Shown here one piece after another: positions 55,011 to 64,000 of a stretch of 64,000 nucleotides of DNA. How positions within the stretch are numbered: the first letter of the stretch is position 1; each line of letters starts with the position of its first letter. Location of the stretch: positions 32,001 through 96,000 of the forward strand of contig JBHJGN010000044.1 of NCBI GenBank assembly GCA_050331735.1, given 5' to 3'. The stretch is from Cyanophyceae cyanobacterium. Lineage in GTDB: Bacteria; Cyanobacteriota; Cyanobacteriia; Cyanobacteriales; JBHJGN01. The notes below the pieces were generated by a model. That model was given only the letters and a program-made list of their open reading frames with translations, ran no database searches and was not told where the DNA came from. A program made the position numbers and the translations under genes.

Positions 55011-55781
55011 TTATTTTTCTATATTTTGAAAAGCCTCTGATGTAAATATACTTTTCATAACTCTTTGAACCTCTTTGTGAATTTCCTCTTTCACTTCTAG
55101 TTCATCCATAAACTTCAGAAAATTGATGCCGAAAAGTTCTGAGGTAAATTGTGAAGCTTGTTCCCCTTGAAGAAAGTACTACCTAGCACGAGTAAGACGA
55201 CCAATTGCATCATCTCTTGGACTAATAGCACTATAAATTAAGTACATGGGAAACGAGTTCGCTGCCTTGAGATGCCCGACCACAGAAACGTCTTTTCTCA
55301 ATCGAGCACTGTCATTGGGATTGAAATTGTATCTTATTTCAATACCTACGCCATCGGTTTTAGAATCAGAAAAGCCGAAATTTTGCAGAGTTTCACGAAT
55401 ATAATTTTCATCTTTGTCAGACACCGAGGCAAACCTCAACCCGATGTCTAATTCTAATCCGTTAAATTTTTCTGCAACCTGTTCTGGAGTTATATTAAAC
55501 CGAGCTGAGGCAACAAAACGAGGGAGTTTATCGTAAATTTCCCCTAACCGTCTTCCAACGCTAATACTCATACGTCCAATTAGACGGACAAGTACATATT
55601 CAGGACAATCAAGCGCAAACTTTGAGTAAACAGGGTCACTTTTAAGTTTTTGCAGTTCTCTCTGATAATTTTGAGCACTAAAGTCATTCTGTATCTTTGT
55701 CTCCCATCCTTGAATATGGGATTTAAGAATATTCAGAAAGCGTTGCTCAACAATATTTGAAGGAGTTTCTGCGTCACTCAT
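55011..55781 (-). pseudogene. Putative Type II restriction endonuclease with in-frame stop
   Basis: ATG at 55781 overlaps the C-gene stop; TAG at 55179-55181 (RLTRAR*YFLQGEQ...) and the same frame continues to TAA at 55011; ELDIG...GIEIR resembles a PD-(D/E)xK core; convergent with the methylase. Confidence 0.75.
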
Positions 55782-55997
55782 GACTATCGCTTGCCTGAAG
55801 TAAATTAGCAGGGTCAACATCAAGAGCCAAAGCCAGTTTTTCAATGTTGCCAATACTGATGTTGCGCTCGCCTCTCTCAACTACACCAACGTAAGTCCGG
55901 TGAAACCTGCTCGATGAGCCAGCTCTTCCTGAGACAAGCCACGTTCGAGTCGAATGCGCCGAAGGTTTTTGGCAAAGATAGTAATTAACGACCCCAT
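55774..55997 (-). pseudogene. Frameshifted R-M controller (C) protein, XRE HTH
   Basis: MGSLITIFAKNLRRIRLERGLSQEELAHRAG in one frame, then HRTYVGVVERGERNISIGNIEKLALAL in another; one base missing near 55903. Confidence 0.85.
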
Positions 55998-56016
55998 ATG
56001 ACTTTGATACGGGGGA

Positions 56017-56049
56017 GATGACAATAAATCGACAGACAATAAGTAGCAT
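56017..56049 (-). promoter_or_regulatory. Double C-box operator
   Basis: GCTACTTATTGTC-TGT-CGATTTATTGTCATC about 20 nt upstream of the C-gene ATG, resembling the PvuII-type GACT-N3-AGTC tandem operator. Confidence 0.75.
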
Positions 56050-56150
56050 TGTTACCTGCAACAGCAGCTCAACCACATTTAAGATAATTGCCAAGCAGCC
56101 TAACAATTAATTATTTCCTTAATGACCAATATTTTGATAAGATTGCTAAC

Positions 56151-56996
56151 TCAAAATAAACTAAGTTGTTCTGGTAAATCTTCTTGGTTCCAGGGTAAAG
56201 GGGGAACCGGAACACCTTGTTGCTCAAGCATCTGCTGAAAATAGCGGGCCATCGTGGGAGAGTGAAGTTCCTCGGGACAGTGAACAAAGAAATAAACCGG
56301 TACTCCCTGACGCAGCCAGTCCTCAACTCGCTTTACCCATTCCGCTAGATACGCCTGATTCTGGCTGTGTTGAGGATGACTGATGTAGCGCACCAAAGTA
56401 AAATTTGCCGTTACCTTGGGGTGTAGCGGTAAACTCGGTTTGCGGCTTTGAGCTTTGAGGTGAGAGTCATTGGAGGAATAAATCGCTCGCGTATCCAGCA
56501 CAACTGTGCCAACGCGGTATTCCTTGAGCAGGGTGTCTAGCTGCATCGAGTACGGTTCTACAAACCAGTCGGGATGTCGCACTTCTAAGGCGAGAGCGTA
56601 CCGGGGAGATACCGCTGCTAAAAAAGTCGTCAGATCGTTGAGGCGAGCGGGGCTATAGTGAGGGGGAAGCTGAGCAAACGCTGGACCGAGGCGATCGCCA
56701 AATTCCTGCATTCGTTCTAGAAACTCTAAAGCTTGGGGAAGGCGCGGCGCGAGTAAACCTTGATGAGTCACCGACGCCGGCAGCTTCACACAGAATTTAA
56801 AGCCAGCCGCCGTCTCCTGGCTCCAGCGCTGTACTGTCTTCGGCTGAGGCGTGGCGTAGAAGGTGGTATTGCCTTCAACGGCGGTGAAGCGCTGGCTATA
56901 AAGGCGCAGGAACTCCGCTGGCTGACTCTTCGGTGGATACAAATTGCCCACCCACCCTGGATACGACCAAACCGCACAGCCTAAGTAAAAATTCAC
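56151..56996 (-). CDS. DUF72 family protein
   Basis: LGCAVW, VEGNTTFY, QLPP, LEVRH. Confidence 0.92.
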   Translation of the reverse strand: MNFYLGCAVWSYPGWVGNLYPPKSQPAEFLRLYSQRFTAVEGNTTFYATPQPKTVQRWSQETAAGFKFCVKLPASVTHQGLLAPRLPQALEFLERMQEFGDRLGPAFAQLPPHYSPARLNDLTTFLAAVSPRYALALEVRHPDWFVEPYSMQLDTLLKEYRVGTVVLDTRAIYSSNDSHLKAQSRKPSLPLHPKVTANFTLVRYISHPQHSQNQAYLAEWVKRVEDWLRQGVPVYFFVHCPEELHSPTMARYFQQMLEQQGVPVPPLPWNQEDLPEQLSLF

Positions 56997-58225
56997 GACT
57001 CCGAATGAACGAGCATCAGTGCTTTCGACGCTGCTGCATCAGCGATCGCCGCTTCTTTTAATTGCTCTCTGAGATCGCTCATCACGGCTAAAGCTCTGGC
57101 CCAGTCTGGAATTTGCGTTCCTGCCGGATTGGAAAAATACTGCTCGCTCGCTTCTAGCATGGCCTGCTCGAACAGCTCAATAATAATCTCTTCCTGGTGT
57201 CTATCGTATTCCAACCCGTTGAAGCGAGCGTCGATAAAGTACTGACGACTGTAGTTTTGGGCCTGCCGACGAAACTTTACCCTGATTGCATGAATGTGCT
57301 CGCTTGTCAATACGACCTGCTCTGTTTCTGTTAGCGTCCGCAACACAGAACGCAGCACGTCTTGACACATTTTTCTGAGCCCTTCGCTATTGGAGTTGCC
57401 GATCTCCTGATGCTTGTGGTCAAAAATTCCTAAATCGATCTGAGCAATCCGCTTTTCAGCAACGCTGCGATAGACCTCTGCTAGTAACCCAATTTCTAAT
57501 CCCCAATCGCCCGGAATGCGGATATTGAGCGCCAGGTCACTCTTGAGAGCAAATTCCCCAGAAAGCGGATAGCGAAAGGCATTGAGGTAGCGCAGATAGG
57601 GGCGATAGCCGAGCAGTTCCGTGAGCGCCGACAGCAGCGGAGTCACAAACAAACGCATCACACGACCGTTGAGGGTATGAGGACACTGACCGATACGAGC
57701 ATAGTAGGCTTTGTTAAAGACAATGCCGAGTTCCTGTTCGAGCAGGGGGAATAACAGCTTCAGCGGATAGGAGCGATCATAGGTCGTAATGTCGGCATCG
57801 TGGAGAGCGATCGCCTTTGCTTCTAAAGATGCTACCCCTAACCCGAGCCAAACGGCGCGTCCTTTGCCCCGCAGACTGAGTAAATCTAAGCCGCGCTCGC
57901 GCAGTTTTTCGAGGATTTGCGTAACGCGAGCCCCATTTTCCCAAACGATGGCCGTCTGTTGCGGCAATGGCTGAAAAAAATCAACGGCTTTAGCGTACTG
58001 TTCGCTGGTTTGGGCATATAAACAAATCACCACGGTTTTTACGAAAGGACATTGCTGGAGATGACTGCGAATTTGCGCCAGCGCTGGTCTTTCTAACTCT
58101 TCGTAAAGCGCTGGAATCAGCACCGCAGTCGGAGTTTCCTCACTTAACTCCATTAATCTTGCCGCTAAATCTTGATGACAGCCAAAATCGTGAATTGTTG
58201 TAATAATTTCTTGTTTGTTGTCCAT
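56993..58225 (-). CDS. gpgS: Glucosyl-3-phosphoglycerate synthase-like glycosyltransferase
   Basis: ITTIHDF, GKGRAVW, ALHDADI, GRVMRLFVTPL, YPLSGEF, DWGLEIG. Confidence 0.75.
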   Translation of the reverse strand: MDNKQEIITTIHDFGCHQDLAARLMELSEETPTAVLIPALYEELERPALAQIRSHLQQCPFVKTVVICLYAQTSEQYAKAVDFFQPLPQQTAIVWENGARVTQILEKLRERGLDLLSLRGKGRAVWLGLGVASLEAKAIALHDADITTYDRSYPLKLLFPLLEQELGIVFNKAYYARIGQCPHTLNGRVMRLFVTPLLSALTELLGYRPYLRYLNAFRYPLSGEFALKSDLALNIRIPGDWGLEIGLLAEVYRSVAEKRIAQIDLGIFDHKHQEIGNSNSEGLRKMCQDVLRSVLRTLTETEQVVLTSEHIHAIRVKFRRQAQNYSRQYFIDARFNGLEYDRHQEEIIIELFEQAMLEASEQYFSNPAGTQIPDWARALAVMSDLREQLKEAAIADAAASKALMLVHSES

Positions 58226-58533
58226 TCAGCTACCTAAGCCCAAGTTGAGCGTCGAGTTGGGCCACAAATCATTGGATGAGGATGTTGCTCAACGCTTGTG
58301 TGTTAGTCTGCTCTGATCGTTCGGACTTTCTTAAAAAAAGCGAGCAATAGTAGTTTATATTAGACACGGCTTTTTAAGAAATATTACAACTGTTGACAAG
58401 GACAGGTTCACTTCAAGTAAGACTCAATTCTGGCACGATATAGTGAAGAATATCGCCCACTTTAAATCAGGAAGGCTCCATCAATTTGGGGAACTAACGT
58501 CATTCTACCCAGCGACTTAGTGCGAGAACAATC

Positions 58534-59379
58534 ATGACTCAAAGTATTGATGCTGTTGTCCTGCCGCCTCCTTTTCCAGATCACACTCAGCTTCCAGAGT
58601 CAGACGGCACTTTCGTGAAGAACTTTCAGGAGCATCCCCAAAGCATTATCCTCACTGACTCGATTGGTCCCATTTTACAGCAGCGACATCCCGATGGGCA
58701 GTACGCCATTGGGCAAGACTGCGGGATCTATTGGCGCGAAACTGACCCTCCTGAAAAAGGAGCCGAAGCACCGGACTGGTTCTACGTTCCCCATGTGCCT
58801 CCTCAGCTTGACGGACTCCGCCGCTCCTATGTATTGTGGCGAGAATTAATGTCTCCTCTGATTGCCCTAGAGTTTGCGAGCGGAGATGGCACTGAAGAGC
58901 GAGACCGCACTCCCCTGTCTCGCCCAGAGTCAACAGCGAAAAGGCCCGGTAAGTTTTGGGTATACGAGCAGATCATCAAGATTTCCTACTACGGCATCTA
59001 CGAAATCAAGAACGGTAAGCTAGAAGTCTATGTTCTGGTTGGCGGACGCTACCAAAAGCTAGCCGCTAATGAACGGGGGCACTATCCGATTGAGCCGTTG
59101 GGAGTGGAGTTAGGCTTATGGCAGGGAGCTTATCAAAATCAAACTCAGCTTTGGCTGCGGTGGTGGGATGAGCAGGGACGCTTATTGCTCATCGGCGATG
59201 AGCGGGCTGAGCAAGAGCGACAGCGAGCTGAGCAAGAGCGACAGCGGGCTGAGAATGCTGAACAGGCACGAATGAGTGCCGTCTCGCGATTGCTAGGGAT
59301 GGGTTTAAGTACAGCTCAAGTCGCAGAGGCGTTAAACCTGTCGCTGGAGGAAGTCGAAATGATCGACAAGCCAAGCTAA
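58534..59379 (+). CDS. Uma2 (DUF820) family endonuclease-fold protein
   Basis: PDHTQLP, APDWFYVP, ALEFAS, KFWVYEQ, WLRWWD; RAEQERQ tandem repeats. Confidence 0.92.
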   Translation: MTQSIDAVVLPPPFPDHTQLPESDGTFVKNFQEHPQSIILTDSIGPILQQRHPDGQYAIGQDCGIYWRETDPPEKGAEAPDWFYVPHVPPQLDGLRRSYVLWRELMSPLIALEFASGDGTEERDRTPLSRPESTAKRPGKFWVYEQIIKISYYGIYEIKNGKLEVYVLVGGRYQKLAANERGHYPIEPLGVELGLWQGAYQNQTQLWLRWWDEQGRLLLIGDERAEQERQRAEQERQRAENAEQARMSAVSRLLGMGLSTAQVAEALNLSLEEVEMIDKPS

Positions 59380-59411
59380 TCAGTAAATCCACCGCATTTC
59401 AATCTAAGCTA

Positions 59412-60941
59412 ATGCGTACAAGTGCTGGCAAAGTGTATTTAGTCGGAGCAGGCCCCGGAAATATTGCCTACCTCACAGTAAGGGGTCAGCAGCTTCTTCA
59501 AACAGCAGATGTCGTCATTTATGATGCTTTAGTAGAGCCGTCGCTGCTTCAGTTAGTCCCCGCACACTGCCTGAAAATAGACGTAGGTAAACGCGGCGGA
59601 CGCTCTAGTACTCCTCAACCTCACATCAATCAGCTCCTGGTTGCCTACTGTTCTCAGGGGGATCAGGTCGTCAGGTTGAAAAGCGGCGATCCGCTCATTT
59701 TTGGTCGCTCTACTCCAGAAATTCGGGCGCTGGAGGCAGCAGGCTGTGCGTTTGCTCTCGTACCGGGAATTTCTTCGGCGTTGGCGGCTCCTTTACTAGC
59801 GGGGATTCCGCTGACGGATAAAGAGCTAAGCCGCTGTTTTGCCGTGATGAGCGCTCATGAGCCGGACGCTCTCGATTGGGCGGCTTTATCTCGCATCGAT
59901 ACTTTGGTACTGTTGATGGGAGGACGGGGATTGGCAGTGGTGGTGGAACGGCTTCTTCAACACGGGCGCTCGCCTCAAGAACCCATTGCGATTGTGCGCC
60001 ACTGTGCTCGACCGGACCAGCAGACCTGGCGCGGGTCTCTTGCGACTATCTTGGAGCAAACCGCAGGCCAGCCCCTCTCTCCCGCCGCGATCATTATTGG
60101 CAAAGTTGTGGATTCTCACTTTCAAGCTGACGCGCTGACCCTCGCCGGACTGACTGTATTAGTCACCCGCGCCTCTGAACAATCGGGCCAATTTACCCAC
60201 TTGTTGCAGCAGCAGGGAGCCACCGTCATCGAAATGCCGGCCTTAGAAATTACTCCGCCATCGAGTTGGGCAGAGCTAGACGGGGCGATCACCTCTTTGG
60301 CTCAGTTTCACTGGCTGCTGCTGACTTCAGCGAATGGAGTCCATGCTTTCTTTGAAAGACTGGCAACTTTAGGGAAAGATGCCCGCGCCTTAGCCGGTGT
60401 TAACATCGCCGTTGTCGGTAAAAAAACGGCTGCGGTTTTGGAACAATACGGCGTACGCCCCGATTTTGTTCCCCCAGAATTTGTCGCCGATTCCCTCGTT
60501 GCCAATTTTCCGGCTCCTTTAGCGCAGCAAAAGCTCTTATTTCCTCGGGTGGAAACGGGCGGCAGAGAAGTTTTAGTGTCGGAGCTATCGGCTCAGGGAG
60601 CCAGCGTTGTTGAAGTAGCGGCCTATCAGTCGCAGTGTCCCGCTCACATCGCCCCCGAAGCTTGGCAAGCCCTACAGCAAAGAGCTGTCGATATTGTAAC
60701 GTTTGCAAGCTCCAAAACCGTTCGTAACTTTCGGCAACTGGTAGAGCGGGCGATCGCCCCTCAGTCTGCTTCAATTGAGGCTCTTTTACAGGGGGTCTGC
60801 ATTGCTTCTATTGGTCCGCAAACCTCCAAAAGCTGTCGTCAACTGCTAGGACGAGTTGATGTTGAGGCTCGGGAGTACACTTTGGCCGGATTGATCAAGG
60901 CCCTAGGCGACTGGACAGCAGCGGAAAAGCTTAAGTCCTAG
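59412..60941 (+). CDS. cobA: Uroporphyrinogen-III C-methyltransferase/synthase fusion (CobA-HemD)
   Basis: LVGAGPG, RLKSGDP, VLVTRA, TSANGV, FASSKTV, SIGPQT. Confidence 0.93.
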   Translation: MRTSAGKVYLVGAGPGNIAYLTVRGQQLLQTADVVIYDALVEPSLLQLVPAHCLKIDVGKRGGRSSTPQPHINQLLVAYCSQGDQVVRLKSGDPLIFGRSTPEIRALEAAGCAFALVPGISSALAAPLLAGIPLTDKELSRCFAVMSAHEPDALDWAALSRIDTLVLLMGGRGLAVVVERLLQHGRSPQEPIAIVRHCARPDQQTWRGSLATILEQTAGQPLSPAAIIIGKVVDSHFQADALTLAGLTVLVTRASEQSGQFTHLLQQQGATVIEMPALEITPPSSWAELDGAITSLAQFHWLLLTSANGVHAFFERLATLGKDARALAGVNIAVVGKKTAAVLEQYGVRPDFVPPEFVADSLVANFPAPLAQQKLLFPRVETGGREVLVSELSAQGASVVEVAAYQSQCPAHIAPEAWQALQQRAVDIVTFASSKTVRNFRQLVERAIAPQSASIEALLQGVCIASIGPQTSKSCRQLLGRVDVEAREYTLAGLIKALGDWTAAEKLKS

Positions 60942-60997
60942 GACAGCAACTGTTTGTCCACCGATGCTAGCCCCGAGCACTCCGTGATGCTACGTAG

Positions 60998-61049
60998 GTT
61001 AAATTCAAGTTAACTTACTCTTAGACTTTCTTTTACTTTTGTTTAGTAA
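60998..61049 (+). promoter_or_regulatory. Pho box (SphR-type direct repeats)
   Basis: GTTAAATT-N3-GTTAACTT-N3-CTTAGACT-N3-TTTTACTT with 11-bp periodicity, upstream of pstS. Confidence 0.65.
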
Positions 61050-61119
61050 TATTACCTAAACATCAATGCATAGATTACTCGCCCTTCGCTATCCCAATTT
61101 AAACTTTAGTCGTTAAGAG

Positions 61120-62052
61120 ATGAACATAAAGCATAATCAATGGAAGCTAGCAGGTGCACTGGCATTTGCAGTCGGTTCAGTGACCTTTGCAGTCCCTGAA
61201 GCTCGCTCTCAAAGCGAAACCATCGCCATCGATGGTTCTAGTACCGTGTATCCAATCACGGAAGCCGTCGCTGAAGAATTCCAAATCTCGGGCGGCGATG
61301 CTAGAGTAACCGTTGGTATTTCGGGTACTGGTGGTGGGTTCGAGAGATTCTGCAACGGAGAAACCGACATCTCCAACGCTTCTCGACCTATTGATGAAGA
61401 AGAAATTGCAGCGTGCGAAGCGGCTGGTATCGAGTACATCGAGATTCCCGTTGCCTTCGATGCCATTACCGTTGTGGTTAATCCAGAGAACAGTTGGGCA
61501 GAAGCAATGACGGTAACAGAGCTGCAAACACTCTGGGCACCAGATTCTTCTATCAGCACCTGGAGCGACATTCGTTCCGATTGGCCCAACGAAGAAATCA
61601 CCCTCTACGGTCCGGGAACGGACTCAGGAACGTTCGACTACTTCACCGAAGAGATCGTCGGCGAAGAGGGCGCGAGCCGCTCTGACTTCACTGCTAGCGA
61701 AGACGACAACGTTTTGGTTCTCGGTGTCGCTCGAGATACCTATGCTCTAGGCTATTTCGGCTACGCTTATTACGAAAACAACCAAGACCAGCTCAAAGCT
61801 GTCGCTATCGACGACGGCAACGGATCTCCGGTGCTGCCCTCTGCTGAAACCGTCAACGACGGCACCTACACTCCTCTGTCTCGACCGATTTTCATCTACG
61901 TGAAGGCGAGCGCTCTTGAGGAGAAACCGGCAGTTCGGGACTTTGTTCAGTTCTACCTAGAAAATGCTCCCGAGTTGGTTCCCACCGTTGGTTATGTCGC
62001 TCTCCCCAGCGATCAGTACCAGGAAGGAATGAGCAAAATCTCTAGCCGATAG
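61120..62052 (+). CDS. pstS: Phosphate ABC transporter substrate-binding protein
   Basis: Signal peptide, IDGSSTVYP, SGTGGG, SGTFDYF, YTPLSRP. Confidence 0.93.
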   Translation: MNIKHNQWKLAGALAFAVGSVTFAVPEARSQSETIAIDGSSTVYPITEAVAEEFQISGGDARVTVGISGTGGGFERFCNGETDISNASRPIDEEEIAACEAAGIEYIEIPVAFDAITVVVNPENSWAEAMTVTELQTLWAPDSSISTWSDIRSDWPNEEITLYGPGTDSGTFDYFTEEIVGEEGASRSDFTASEDDNVLVLGVARDTYALGYFGYAYYENNQDQLKAVAIDDGNGSPVLPSAETVNDGTYTPLSRPIFIYVKASALEEKPAVRDFVQFYLENAPELVPTVGYVALPSDQYQEGMSKISSR

Positions 62053-62115
62053 ACTGGCGCTGTTGGTCTAAAACCACGACAAAAAGCGCGATCGCACTTG
62101 GTTAACATTTTAAGG

Positions 62116-62146
62116 TAAGCCCCTGCGGAGCGATCCGGGGGCTTAC
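62116..62146 (+). terminator. Hairpin downstream of pstS
   Basis: GTAAGCCCC...GGGGCTTAC stem followed by GTTATTATT. Confidence 0.55.
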
Positions 62147-62180
62147 GTTATTATTGATTTGTGCTACCGACAAGCAGAAA

Positions 62181-63029
62181 ATGCAACATTGGTTAACTAA
62201 GTTGGTCAGAACACTACCACCAGCGAGGGAGCTTTGGCTACCGCTGCTGTTTGTTTCTACTGCCGTTCATGGGCTACTGTTGGCCTTACCAATTCCGTCA
62301 CCGTCCGATCTACAGCCGGAGCCAGAACCCGAGGAAACGGTGCAAATTACCAGTCTAGTTTCCCCAACCTCCCCACCTCCAGAGCTGTTCCCTGCTCCTC
62401 CAGAATCAACCCCGCCACAGCAATCGCAGCCAGTATCGCCTCCTCAGCAGGCTCAACCCCTGCCACCCATCGAGCCGGAATTGCCTTCCGTTCTCCCCCT
62501 TGAAGACCCCCCGGCAGAGGCGGAAGTTGAGGCACTCGAACCCGAACCCGCTGAAGCAGCATCAGAAGTACCGAACGAAGAACAGCCAGTCGCTGCTGCC
62601 CCCTCACCCTTAGAGGCGGGAGCTTCTCTTTTAGAAGAACTCCGTTCTAGAGTCTTAAACCGCCTAGCGGAGAGCAGTAACACTCAGCAGGCTATGGAAA
62701 CGTTTGTTACCAGCTTGCCGACGTCTCTAGTCAAGAGTAATCAGCAACCCTACTTCTTTGCCGGAGAAACACTTAAACCGGGCGCTTTTGGTTTCCTGGC
62801 CATTCCTCAAACAAACAAAGCCGGAGCATACGAGGATTACGTAAGACCTGTATTAACAGAATCCTTCGGTTTCACCGTTGAGCGTTTGCCCCAACCCTAT
62901 GGCGAGACGGAACTGTATAAGGCACAGAATGCCGAAGGCATAGAATTTTATATGAGCTTAGTTAGTTTAAAGCTAGGCAGCGGAGCTTTCGTTGTCCTCT
63001 GGCAAGAGGATCCTAGAATCGGTAATTGA
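62181..63029 (+). CDS. Membrane-anchored Pro/Glu-rich hypothetical protein
   Basis: TM with AVHGLLLALP, long Pro-rich linker, globular C-terminus. Confidence 0.75.
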   Translation: MQHWLTKLVRTLPPARELWLPLLFVSTAVHGLLLALPIPSPSDLQPEPEPEETVQITSLVSPTSPPPELFPAPPESTPPQQSQPVSPPQQAQPLPPIEPELPSVLPLEDPPAEAEVEALEPEPAEAASEVPNEEQPVAAAPSPLEAGASLLEELRSRVLNRLAESSNTQQAMETFVTSLPTSLVKSNQQPYFFAGETLKPGAFGFLAIPQTNKAGAYEDYVRPVLTESFGFTVERLPQPYGETELYKAQNAEGIEFYMSLVSLKLGSGAFVVLWQEDPRIGN

Positions 63030-63078
63030 GCCGATCGTTTGTGAGATGTGCGTTTTGAAATCTTTGCGGTAAGCAGTT

Positions 63079-64000
63079 ATGACCAAACCCACCAAAAGAT
63101 TGGTTCCCAAACCAAGCTTTGCTATCCCGATGCTGATTGCGCTGGCGCTACACGGGATCTTCTTATTCTTACCGACAGACTCTGAGCCGGAATCGGTCGA
63201 AGAACTCGTAGAAGCCGACGATACAGAGCCAGCCGTTGCAGAATTTCCTCAGCTAGATACCCAACCCCCAGCACTAGATTTAGAGTCTAAAATCGCCAGC
63301 GAGACAGCCCCTCAACTTGAATCAGCGCCCCAGATAGCAACTCCTCCCGCTGCAACAGCCCCACAGCCGAGCAGAATTCCTCAAATCTCGGTAGCTCAAC
63401 CAGCCCCAGTGCCGAACTATCAAGAGTATGTGCAGCAATTGAGAGCCTACTACCAGCGATTGCTAGCGCCGCGCCAGGTGAGCCCCAGTCGCGATGCTGT
63501 TCCTAGACAACCGCAGCGAGAAAATGTCCAAGCCAGCACACCAAAAATCGCTCCTGTATCCCCAAATCCGGTAGAGCAGTCTCCAGTGTCTTCTCCAGCA
63601 CCAAAACCCGCTGAGCAAGCTCCGATAGCAGCCCGCAATGAACCACAAACCGCGACTTCCTCATCAATCTTTACCCAAAGCTTTCCCTACTATCCAGGCT
63701 CTTGGTTAACCTCTGGCGGTATTCTCAAACCTGAGTTTAAAGATGCTGACTACGTTTACTACACGACAGATAGCTTAGAGCAGGTAGCAACCAATTTTGA
63801 ATCTCAATTAACAGACCGGGCATTTACTGAAACAGTAGAAACTGATAGAGAAAATTTCAAGGTGTACCGGGTTTCTAAAAATGGAGTTACCCAATATCTC
63901 CATCTCCTCGAAGAAGATGGCAAAACAGCCATTTTTCTCGGCTCTGACCCCAGGAATTTGAGCGAGATCGCCAAGGAAACCCAAAACGATACCGTTGTCG
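63079..64000 (+). CDS. Membrane-anchored Pro-rich hypothetical protein (3' end outside window)
   Basis: ATG at 63079: MTKPTKRLVPKPSFAIPMLIALALHGIFLFLP..., open to the window end. Confidence 0.75.
   Translation, partial: MTKPTKRLVPKPSFAIPMLIALALHGIFLFLPTDSEPESVEELVEADDTEPAVAEFPQLDTQPPALDLESKIASETAPQLESAPQIATPPAATAPQPSRIPQISVAQPAPVPNYQEYVQQLRAYYQRLLAPRQVSPSRDAVPRQPQRENVQASTPKIAPVSPNPVEQSPVSSPAPKPAEQAPIAARNEPQTATSSSIFTQSFPYYPGSWLTSGGILKPEFKDADYVYYTTDSLEQVATNFESQLTDRAFTETVETDRENFKVYRVSKNGVTQYLHLLEEDGKTAIFLGSDPRNLSEIAKETQNDTVV

Noticed and set aside
55774..56106. 110-aa track ORF, and the extended start (55880) of the 233-aa ORF
   Set aside because: Artefacts of the frameshifted C gene; the real starts are 55997 and 55781
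59201..59262. 21-nt tandem repeat
   Set aside because: Encodes the RAEQERQ coiled-coil repeat usual in Uma2 proteins; not CRISPR

Overview
Cyanobacterial chromosomal window, identified by abundant HIP1 GCGATCGC octamers, psaM and ccmK3/ccmK4. From left to right: the start of a minus-strand Wzy-type exopolysaccharide cluster, preceded by about 1.5 kb of structured non-coding DNA; an accessory block with a ptxD remnant, an acidic repeat protein, an orphan dndE and a cNMP histidine kinase/receiver-TrxR pair; a small ORF, a 6S-like RNA and a ComFB gene; housekeeping genes (serS, ddl, ndk, psaM, mnmE, pdhC, aas, gcvP, gcvH, ccmK3/K4, cobA-hemD, pstS); and an AT-rich Type II restriction-modification island. 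In that island the controller is frameshifted and the endonuclease has an in-frame stop, while the methylase and C-boxes are intact. All family calls are from motif recognition by eye; no database search was run.
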